DNA from: a phage
Strand: one strand, 5' to 3'
Length of the DNA stretch: 44,996 nucleotides
Sequence record: PZ789432.1
This document shows positions 1 to 6,740 of this stretch, piece after piece; positions within the stretch are counted from its first letter, which is position 1, and every line of letters starts with the position of its first letter. Below the pieces are notes generated by a model. It was not told the origin of the DNA, did no database searches, and saw only the letters and a program-made list of their open reading frames with translations. The translations under genes and the position numbers were made by a program.

Positions 1-257
1 GCCCTCGCCGGGTTGCCCCCATATGGGGTAGATCGGCGGTTGACCTAGGAATTGGGCTGGGCTGGTCCGTCTTCGACGGGTGGGCGAGGGCTTGCCGAGG
101 TCTGCTCTTAGTGGCTGCACAAGGAGAACGCCTAGGAAGCGCTAGGGCACGCCTTAGTATTGGACAAGGTGATTGCCTTAGTGAAGCCTCTTAGTGCATT
201 CCTTAGGTCATTCAGGGCGTTTATGAGGGATTGACAGGGTGGATGCGTGTGTGGGCT
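1..257. repeat. left direct terminal repeat of the linear phage genome
   Basis: 1..257 recurs in the same orientation at 44742..44996. Contains the perfect palindrome CCCCATATGGGG at 17..28. The two copies differ by one substitution and a 2-nt indel at the inner edge (ggatgcgtgtgtgggct vs ggatgggtgtgggct). Confidence 0.85.
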
Positions 258-264
258 ATCTGTT
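258..264 (+). terminator. ATCTGTT motif, T7-type class II RNA polymerase pause/termination signal (concatemer-junction-like)
   Basis: Exact ATCTGTT immediately after the inner edge of the left terminal repeat (gtgtgtgggct|ATCTGTTcc), the same position as the T7 CJ pause site. Confidence 0.5.
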
Positions 265-595
265 CCTTTGCTACGCTCACTCACTGGTTCGCTGCGCTGC
301 GGTCAGTCGCTGATGTGTACCTTAGGTTATTCCTTGATGGATGGCTTAGGTTAGCCTTAGTGGACTACCTTAGTTAAAGCCTTAGTGCTTCAGCTTAGTA
401 TCAGCTTAGTAGTGTACCTTAGTCAGTCTTAGTGTCTTCTCTTAGTGATTGCACATGCTAAAGCATGTAAGATGCCATTAGGTCGCGGTCGGTAGACCGC
501 TAAAGAAGGAGAATGGTAATAAGATGCAGTAGGAGGAACACCAGAAACCTAGCCAACCTAGCCTATCCTAGCTCTGTATCTATTGCTTTTCCTTA

Positions 596-611
596 GTCTA
601 ACATGTGAGAC
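596..611. repeat. near-copy (1 mismatch) of the 16-bp palindrome GTCTCACATGTGAGAC
   Basis: gtctaacatgtgagac; differs from the perfect copies at one position. Confidence 0.5.
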
Positions 612-645
612 AACCTAGATTTATCTTAGTGATGATATCTTAGTG

Positions 646-674
646 TTGACAAGGCCGTCTCAATATAATACTAT
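646..674 (+). promoter_or_regulatory. sigma70-like early promoter (TTGACA, 17 bp spacer, TACTAT)
   Basis: Perfect -35 TTGACA at 646..651; -10 TACTAT at 669..674 after a 17-bp spacer; upstream of the first early genes, as for T7 A-type promoters. Confidence 0.5.
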
Positions 675-817
675 TCATCACGTAGGCAGCACTGAGGTGC
701 TTAGTAGCCAGCTAGTAAGGCATACGAAGAGACTAGCGCTTACATTGCTCTTTAACAATTTGCTTAGTGTAACCTATGTATGCCGTGGTTAATTACTTAT
801 TGAATGAGGGATTAACT

Positions 818-997
818 ATGACATTAAACAACCGTGAACTATCCGTTCTCTTCACTCTGTTGTGCTACATGATTCGTAACAACGAATTACTTACAGACGA
901 TGAGTTAGCCTTGTATCACCGCTTTCTTAACGAAGGTTGGACCGATACAATTAATCAATACCGTAACATGATAGATGAGTTGAGGGAGGGTAAATAA
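818..997 (+). CDS. hypothetical early protein (59 aa, mildly acidic)
   Basis: ORF track 776..997; preferred start ATG 818 preceded by GAGGGA; stop overlaps the next start (TAATG). Confidence 0.6.
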   Translation: MTLNNRELSVLFTLLCYMIRNNELLTDDELALYHRFLNEGWTDTINQYRNMIDELREGK

Positions 998-1221
998 TGT
1001 ATCAGCATGAGGTTTTCTTTGAGTCAGCTAGTGAAGCTATCCGCTTCCTTGAAGATATGCTACAAGCTGGCGTAGGTGTTGATGTACATCACTTCCTACT
1101 AGATTACGACACTGAATATCACCGAGTTACCTTAGTATCTGAGTATGACAACCAAGTCATTACTGAGTACCTAGGCAGTGAAGATTACGATTACGATGAA
1201 GTAATCACGACAAATCTCTAA
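997..1221 (+). CDS. hypothetical early protein, 74 aa, strongly acidic and aromatic-rich (candidate DNA mimic / anti-defense)
   Basis: ORF track; SD GAGGGAGGG upstream; about 17 Asp/Glu against 2 Arg and no Lys, 7 Tyr; translationally coupled to the upstream ORF; immediately upstream of ocr. Confidence 0.65.
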   Translation: MYQHEVFFESASEAIRFLEDMLQAGVGVDVHHFLLDYDTEYHRVTLVSEYDNQVITEYLGSEDYDYDEVITTNL

Positions 1222-1229
1222 ATTAACTG

Positions 1230-1258
1230 TTGACAGCCACGGCATACAAGGTTACATT
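1230..1258 (+). promoter_or_regulatory. sigma70-like early promoter (TTGACA, 17 bp spacer, TACATT)
   Basis: TTGACA at 1230..1235, -10-like TACATT at 1253..1258. Confidence 0.4.
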
Positions 1259-1350
1259 AAGCATCAAGACGGCGACGTCTTTAAACATCCCGCTCTTTAA
1301 CAATATGGTTTGTGTCTTGATAGGCTAACTAACTAACTAAGGTAATTATC

Positions 1351-1461
1351 ATGAAAGGTTTAATTTGTGTAGAACGTATGGTCAATGGTAAACTTGAAAT
1401 ATTACCACTGGAAAACCAATCTAGCTTCAAAGAGTGGTATGGCTGTTTCTCACTGATTTAA
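1351..1461 (+). CDS. hypothetical small early protein (36 aa)
   Basis: ATG 1351 preceded by ctaactaactaAGGtaattatc, the same leader context as ocr; below the ORF-track size cutoff. Confidence 0.3.
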   Translation: MKGLICVERMVNGKLEILPLENQSSFKEWYGCFSLI

Positions 1462-1612
1462 GGTAAAGGCTGGCATTAGTCAGCCTATCAAGGCGCAAAC
1501 CAAGCTCTTTAACAATTTGGATGGTAGCTTCTTAGTCTGGATAGGTTAAACCTAGGGGATTCTCTTGAGTCTCCTATAATGTAACCTAACTAACTAAATG
1601 AGGATTAATAAC

Positions 1613-1966
1613 ATGGCTATGTCTAATATGACTTACTCTCAGGTTTACAACACCGCTCATGCTGCATTAGTTGAACGTATCTGGAATGATGCTATTGATT
1701 GTATTGATAACGCACATGATGCAATCCATGATGCGGCGGATAGTGCTGTACCAATCTATTATGCTGACATCTTCTCCGTGATGGCGAGTGAAGGAATTGA
1801 TCATTTCTTCGAAGACTCCGGCCTGATGCCAGACACTAAGGATGTAACCGTAGTATTGCAAGCCCGTATCTATGAGCAACTCACAATTGATCTATGGGAA
1901 CGTGTTCAGTATATGATTGTTGAATACGTCAACTCCGCCGAATATTTAGAAGAAGAAGAGGAATAA
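1613..1966 (+). CDS. ocr: Ocr-like anti-restriction protein (T7 gp0.3 homolog, DNA mimic)
   Basis: Translation MAMSNMTY...[49 protein letters not shown]...EEEEE aligns over its full length with T7 Ocr as I remember it (117 aa); SD GAGG upstream of ATG 1613. Confidence 0.9.
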   Translation: MAMSNMTYSQVYNTAHAALVERIWNDAIDCIDNAHDAIHDAADSAVPIYYADIFSVMASEGIDHFFEDSGLMPDTKDVTVVLQARIYEQLTIDLWERVQYMIVEYVNSAEYLEEEEE

Positions 1967-1968
1967 GA

Positions 1969-2082
1969 ATGGAAAAGCTATACAACTTCATCTTTTCAGA
2001 CGGTGTAACCCTGAAGTGTTCCCTGCGTTTCGCACAAATTCGTGAGGAAGTACTAGGCACTACATACAAACTATTTAGCTGA
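1969..2082 (+). CDS. hypothetical small protein (37 aa)
   Basis: ATG 1969 with GAGG 8 nt upstream; overlaps a promoter-like sequence; weak. Confidence 0.25.
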   Translation: MEKLYNFIFSDGVTLKCSLRFAQIREEVLGTTYKLFS

Positions 2083-2098
2083 CACTATAAGAGAAGGC
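2074..2098 (+). promoter_or_regulatory. phage RNAP promoter-like sequence (variant: atttagctgacactataagagaag)
   Basis: Matches the SP6-type core GACACTATA but has A in place of the +1 G; activity uncertain. Confidence 0.35.
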
Positions 2099-2158
2099 TT
2101 AACAAGGCGTTGCTACGGTAGCGCCTGATTAAACTTTCACTTACTAGGAGTTAAGACT

Positions 2159-2386
2159 ATGGATTTAGATAGCATCATTATGGCATTTGCTCTTATTGGC
2201 TTAAGCTGGTGCTCCTATAACCTTTACCGTGAGTTCTTATTTGATAAAGCTAAACGCAAACTAAGAAAAGAAGGCGGCAATTACCTTTGTGTAAGAGGTG
2301 GGCTTGTAGAATACATTGCACCTAACGGCACGGAATGCGCCATTAGCAAAGATGCATTTATAGAAACGTGGCATTACATCAAGTAA
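2159..2386 (+). CDS. hypothetical early membrane protein (75 aa, N-terminal TM helix)
   Basis: ORF track; SD AGGAG upstream; hydrophobic N-terminus IIMAFALIGLSW. Confidence 0.6.
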   Translation: MDLDSIIMAFALIGLSWCSYNLYREFLFDKAKRKLRKEGGNYLCVRGGLVEYIAPNGTECAISKDAFIETWHYIK

Positions 2387-2449
2387 CTAGCCTATAGCCT
2401 ACCTGAGTGGGCTATGTGATATTTACTTACACTATATAAGGTGACTATT

Positions 2450-3373
2450 ATGACTACTGAAAACATCCTCCTGTCTGTCCGTGAAGCTGCAACCGCTGAG
2501 ATTAAGCAGCATTTGGATAATATCGGCACTTCTTACATCAAAGTTGGCGCTTGTCTGAATGAATTACGCGGTGATTTCGAAGGTCAAAAAGACTTTTTAG
2601 CTTATGTCGAATCAGAGTTCGGCATCAAGAAAGCACAATGCTACAAGCTGATGAGTGTAGCCCGTGTCTTTGAAGGAGACGAACGCTTTAAAGGTGTGGC
2701 TATGCGTGTAATGCTGGCGCTTGTTCCTTTCGCTGATGAAAATATGATCATGGAGAAGGCCGCAGAACTCGCCGCAGAGGGCAAGCTGGACACTAACGCC
2801 GTAAACGCCCTGATTGATCCTAAGAAAGAGACAAAGGCCGAGACGGTACAACCTAAGGTTGAGTCGGTAAAACCGCAGGAGAACGCGACTGAGGCCGCAG
2901 AAACTATGCAAGGACATGCAACCTTTGAGGATTTCATATTAGAGAAGGCGAAAGAGGAGCTACAAAGTGTGCCGCCAGCAAGTGAGTCGGATGACGACAA
3001 ATCAGCACCGTGGGAAGAGGAAAGCAAGCCGGAAGCGCCAAAGACTGCGCCACTGGACAACACGGCTAACACCGAGAGTGCCGCTATTGCTGGCCTTCTG
3101 GCACAAATTAAAGCACTGACTGAGCAATTACAGGCAGCCAATGACCGCATCGCCTCCTTAAGTAGCGCACGCGAAAGCAAGAAGGCAGCCGCGCCTATGC
3201 TGCCGCAATTCAAATCTTCCTGCTTCTATGCTCGCTTAGGTTTAAGCGCTGAGGAGGCAACGAAGAAAACAGCAGTTAACAAGGCACGCCGCGAACTGGT
3301 TAAGCTAGGCTACGGCGAAGGCCATGAAGCATGGCCCTTAATCTCTGAGGCAGTAGAAGAATTAACTAAGTAA
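2450..3373 (+). CDS. hypothetical early protein (307 aa), Ala/Glu-rich with a C-terminal coiled-coil-like region
   Basis: ORF track 2441..3373 starts at GTG; ATG at 2450 preceded by AAGGTG. Sits where T7 has gp0.7, but I see no kinase motifs. Confidence 0.7.
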   Translation: MTTENILLSVREAATAEIKQHLDNIGTSYIKVGACLNELRGDFEGQKDFLAYVESEFGIKKAQCYKLMSVARVFEGDERFKGVAMRVMLALVPFADENMIMEKAAELAAEGKLDTNAVNALIDPKKETKAETVQPKVESVKPQENATEAAETMQGHATFEDFILEKAKEELQSVPPASESDDDKSAPWEEESKPEAPKTAPLDNTANTESAAIAGLLAQIKALTEQLQAANDRIASLSSARESKKAAAPMLPQFKSSCFYARLGLSAEEATKKTAVNKARRELVKLGYGEGHEAWPLISEAVEELTK

Positions 3374-3436
3374 CCTTATCGGTGGCATCTTCTTAGGTGT
3401 CACCTATTAAGGTTTCTTTCACTAGGAGTAAACAAG

Positions 3437-6064
3437 ATGCAAGACCTACACGCTATTCAACTTCAACTTGAAGAAGAAATGTTTAACGGCGGTATCCGTC
3501 GCTTTGAAGCGGACCAACAACGCCAGATTGCATCCGGTAATGAATCAGACACGGCATGGAATCGCCGCTTATTGTCCGAGTTAATCGCGCCAATGGCTGA
3601 AGGTATTCAGGCTTATAAGGAAGAGTACGAAGGCAAGCGCGGTCGTGCACCACGTGCATTGGCTTTCATTAACTGCGTAGAAAATGAAGTGGCAGCGTAT
3701 ATCACGATGAAAATCGTAATGGATATGCTTAACACTGATGTAACCTTGCAGGCTATAGCCATGAATGTAGCTGACCGCATTGAGGACCAAGTACGTTTTA
3801 GCAAGCTGGAAGGTCACGCCGCCAAATACTTTGAGAAAGTTAAGAAGTCACTTAAGGCAAGTAAGACTAAATCATATCGCCATGCGCACAACGTAGCGGT
3901 CGTGGCTGAGAAGTCAGTAGCTGACCGTGACGCTGATTTCTCTCGCTGGGAGGCGTGGCCTAGAGATACCTTGCTACAAATTGGTATGACCTTGCTAGAA
4001 ATACTGGAAAATAGTGTATTCTTCAATGGTCAGCCTGTCTTTCTTCGCACCTTGCGCACTAATGGTGGCAAGCATGGCGTTTACTACTTACAGACTAGCG
4101 AACACGTGGGTGAATGGATAACTGCATTTAAAGAGCACGTAGCTCAGCTGAGTCCAGCCTATGCACCTTGCGTTATTCCTCCGCGTCCGTGGGTTTCTCC
4201 GTTTAATGGTGGCTTTCACACCGAGAAGGTGGCAAGTCGCATCCGTCTAGTAAAAGGTAACCGTGAGCACGTCCGTAAGCTGACTAAAAAGCAAATGCCA
4301 GCGGTTTACAAGGCTGTTAACGCCTTACAAGCTACTAAGTGGCAGGTTAACAAGGAAGTATTGCAGGTAGTAGAAGATGTTATTCGTCTAGACCTCGGTT
4401 ATGGTGTACCTTCCTTTAAGCCGCTCATTGACCGCGAGAACAAACCAGCTAACCCTGTTCCTCTTGAGTTCCAGCACCTGCGAGGCCGTGAACTTAAAGA
4501 GATGCTAACGCCGGAACAATGGCAAGCCTTTATAAACTGGAAAGGAGAATGTACCAAGCTGTATACCGCTGAAACTAAGCGCGGAAGCAAGTCGGCGGCG
4601 ACCGTTCGCATGGTTGGACAAGCCCGTAAATACAGCCAGTTTGACGCAATTTATTTTGTGTATGCACTGGACAGCCGTTCACGCGTTTATGCGCAATCTA
4701 GCACGCTCTCGCCGCAATCAAACGACTTAGGCAAGGCATTGCTCCGTTTTACCGAAGGGCAGCGTCTTGATAGCACTGAGGCGCTTAAGTGGTTTTTGGT
4801 GAACGGGGCGAATAACTGGGGTTGGGATAAGAAAACTTTTGACGTGCGCACCGCTAACGTGCTGGATAGCGAATTTCAAGACATGTGCCGCGACATTGCA
4901 GCGGATCCGCTGACCTTCACTCAATGGGTAAATGCTGATTCCCCTTATGGCTTCCTTGCATGGTGCTTTGAATATGCGCGTTATCTGGATGCACTGGACG
5001 AAGGAACGCAAGACCAATTCATGACGCACCTACCCGTCCATCAAGATGGTAGTTGCTCTGGTATCCAGCACTATAGCGCGATGTTACGAGATGAAGTAGG
5101 TGCGAAAGCAGTAAACCTTAAGCCTTCTGACTCCCCTCAAGATATTTATGGCGCGGTTGCGCAGGTTGTTATCCAGAAGAATTACGCCTACATGAATGCA
5201 GACGACGCAGTGACTTTCACATCCGGAAGCGTCACACTTACAGGTGCAGAACTGCGTAGCATGGCTAGTGCGTGGGATATGATAGGAATCACTCGCGGCC
5301 TGACCAAAAAGCCCGTAATGACACTACCTTATGGCAGCACACGTCTAACCTGCCGTGAGTCAGTGATTGATTATATCGTTGATTTAGAAGAAAAAGAGGC
5401 CCAACGAGCTATTGCGGAAGGGCGTACCGCCAATCCTGTACACCCTTTTGATAATGACCGTAAGGACAGCCTGACACCTAGCGCAGCTTATAACTATATG
5501 ACAGCTTTAATCTGGCCTTCTATTTCGGAAGTGGTTAAAGCTCCTATAGTGGCGATGAAAATGATTCGTCAGCTTGCCCGTTTCGCAGCTAAAAGGAATG
5601 AAGGCTTAGAGTATACCTTGCCTACTGGCTTCATCTTGCAACAAAAGATTATGGCTACTGATATGCTCCGCGTATCCACTTGCCTGATGGGAGAAATCAA
5701 GATGAGTCTCCAGATTGAAACGGACGTAGTGGATGAAACGGCTATGATGGGCGCTGCTGCTCCTAACTTTGTGCATGGTCATGATGCCAGTCACCTTATC
5801 TTAACGGTCTGCGACCTTGTTGATAAAGGGATTACATCTATCGCAGTAATTCATGATTCTTTTGGCACTCATGCAGGTCGCACCGCAGACCTACGTGATA
5901 GTCTAAGGGCAGAAATGGTGAAGATGTATCAAGGCCGTAACGCTCTGCAAAGCCTGTTAGATGAGCATGAAGAACGCTGGTTAGTAGACACCGGAATCCA
6001 AGTGCCAGAGCAAGGAGAGTTTGACCTTAACGAAATCTTAGTATCTGACTATTGCTTCGCATAA
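3437..6064 (+). CDS. single-subunit DNA-dependent RNA polymerase (SP6-type)
   Basis: 875 aa; N-terminus [32 protein letters not shown] and C-terminus ...[12 protein letters not shown]...[10 protein letters not shown] closely match SP6 RNAP as I remember it; T7-family motifs present ([39 protein letters not shown]). Confidence 0.97.
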   Translation: MQDLHAIQLQLEEEMFNGGIRRFEADQQRQIASGNESDTAWNRRLLSELIAPMAEGIQAYKEEYEGKRGRAPRALAFINCVENEVAAYITMKIVMDMLNTDVTLQAIAMNVADRIEDQVRFSKLEGHAAKYFEKVKKSLKASKTKSYRHAHNVAVVAEKSVADRDADFSRWEAWPRDTLLQIGMTLLEILENSVFFNGQPVFLRTLRTNGGKHGVYYLQTSEHVGEWITAFKEHVAQLSPAYAPCVIPPRPWVSPFNGGFHTEKVASRIRLVKGNREHVRKLTKKQMPAVYKAVNALQATKWQVNKEVLQVVEDVIRLDLGYGVPSFKPLIDRENKPANPVPLEFQHLRGRELKEMLTPEQWQAFINWKGECTKLYTAETKRGSKSAATVRMVGQARKYSQFDAIYFVYALDSRSRVYAQSSTLSPQSNDLGKALLRFTEGQRLDSTEALKWFLVNGANNWGWDKKTFDVRTANVLDSEFQDMCRDIAADPLTFTQWVNADSPYGFLAWCFEYARYLDALDEGTQDQFMTHLPVHQDGSCSGIQHYSAMLRDEVGAKAVNLKPSDSPQDIYGAVAQVVIQKNYAYMNADDAVTFTSGSVTLTGAELRSMASAWDMIGITRGLTKKPVMTLPYGSTRLTCRESVIDYIVDLEEKEAQRAIAEGRTANPVHPFDNDRKDSLTPSAAYNYMTALIWPSISEVVKAPIVAMKMIRQLARFAAKRNEGLEYTLPTGFILQQKIMATDMLRVSTCLMGEIKMSLQIETDVVDETAMMGAAAPNFVHGHDASHLILTVCDLVDKGITSIAVIHDSFGTHAGRTADLRDSLRAEMVKMYQGRNALQSLLDEHEERWLVDTGIQVPEQGEFDLNEILVSDYCFA

Positions 6065-6073
6065 TATTAATAG

Positions 6074-6104
6074 GCCATTCCTTAGGGAGTGGCCTTTTCT
6101 TTTA
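6074..6104 (+). terminator. intrinsic terminator after the RNAP gene
   Basis: Hairpin ggccattcc-ttag-ggagtggcc (9-bp stem, one G-U pair) followed by TTTTCTTTT. Confidence 0.6.
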
Positions 6105-6137
6105 CCTATTACCTGTAACATTTAATTAACATAACCG

Positions 6138-6153
6138 TGTCTCACACGTGAGA
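6138..6153. repeat. 16-bp palindrome GTCTCACACGTGAGAC
   Basis: 7-bp inverted arms GTCTCAC/GTGAGAC; lies just upstream of a phage promoter. Confidence 0.8.
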
Positions 6154-6156
6154 CTT

Positions 6157-6179
6157 ATTTACCGGACACTATAGGATAA
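6157..6179 (+). promoter_or_regulatory. phage RNAP promoter (atttaccggacactatagg)
   Basis: Matches the genome-wide consensus ATTTACYGGACACTATAG; predicted +1 G at 6174. Confidence 0.7.
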
Positions 6180-6320
6180 CCGTCGGAGACGGAAAGAAAG
6201 GGAAGATAAAGGATATAAAAGGAAGTAATAGGTATTAAAGGTTATATAGGTTTACCTAGGAATACCTATTACCTTCTTCCTTCCTCTTATTACTACTTAA
6301 AGGAAGGGCAGACCTAAGTT

Positions 6321-6336
6321 GTCTCACATGTGAGAC
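6321..6336. repeat. 16-bp perfect palindrome GTCTCACATGTGAGAC
   Basis: Same family as 6138..6153; just upstream of a second phage promoter. Confidence 0.8.
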
Positions 6337-6341
6337 TTCGT

Positions 6342-6364
6342 ATTTACCGGACAATATAGATAAG
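6342..6364 (+). promoter_or_regulatory. phage RNAP promoter variant (atttaccggacaatatagataag)
   Basis: One core mismatch (C to A); second of two tandem promoters upstream of the gene 1.1-like ORF, as phi1.1A/phi1.1B in T7. Confidence 0.55.
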
Positions 6365-6389
6365 ACTAACTTACTTTGGAGATTTAACC

Positions 6390-6518
6390 ATGCGTAACTT
6401 TGAGAAGATGACCCGTAAAGCTAACCGTTTTGACATGGAAGAAGGGCAGACGAAAGGCAAGAAGCTGAATAAGCCTGTCCGTGACCGTGCATCTAAACGC
6501 GCAGCATGGGAGTTCTGA
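6390..6518 (+). CDS. T7 gene 1.1-like small basic protein (42 aa)
   Basis: MRNFEKMTRKANRFDMEEGQTKGKKLNKPVRDRASKRAAWEF resembles T7 gp1.1 as I remember it; SD GGAG upstream; below ORF-track cutoff. Confidence 0.6.
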   Translation: MRNFEKMTRKANRFDMEEGQTKGKKLNKPVRDRASKRAAWEF

Positions 6519-6521
6519 GTT

Positions 6522-6740
6522 ATGGCTAAATACAGAATCAAGACCTGTTTAAATAGTCACGGGCAAGAATTCTACGTAGTGCAACGTAAAGTATTAGGCT
6601 TAATATGGCTCACTTGTATGATGCCTATTGGCTATACTGATACAGAGGCTATCTTCTGCACCGAAAGGGATGCAAAGAAGTTTATCTCTAAGCGTAGAAA
6701 AGCTGACTCTTACCAACCTAGAATTATTAAGGTGAACTAA
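6522..6740 (+). CDS. hypothetical protein (72 aa)
   Basis: ORF track; between gene 1.1-like and primase-helicase. Confidence 0.55.
   Translation: MAKYRIKTCLNSHGQEFYVVQRKVLGLIWLTCMMPIGYTDTEAIFCTERDAKKFISKRRKADSYQPRIIKVN

Larger units (their letters stand above)
154..770 (+). repeat. array of about 20 short CTTAGT / CCTTAGTG motifs in the non-coding left end
   Basis: CTTAGT or CTTAGG recurs every 10-15 bp (e.g. ccttagtatt, gccttagtga, tcttagtgca, ccttagtgga, ccttagttaa, gcttagtatc, ccttagtcag, tcttagtgtt). Two more copies sit at 44538..44572. Positionally analogous to the CCTAAAG repeats at the T7 left end. Confidence 0.7.

Noticed and set aside
231-259. TTGACA plus 17 bp plus GGCTAT as a sigma70 promoter inside the terminal repeat
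   Set aside because: The -10 element is poor; cannot be supported without experimental data.
154-770. Possible CRISPR array suggested by the dense CTTAGT repeats
   Set aside because: Repeat unit is only 6-8 bp with irregular spacing and no unique spacers; inconsistent with CRISPR, consistent with T7-like end repeats.
2421-2445. Promoter-like sequence atttacttacactatataagg upstream of the 307-aa gene
   Set aside because: One base short between the upstream element and the core and lacks the +1 G; probably non-functional or a decayed promoter.
2641-3213. 190-aa and other minus-strand ORFs antisense to the early 307-aa gene, plus the remaining minus-strand ORFs in the track
   Set aside because: No start context or homology; the genome is transcribed rightward only.
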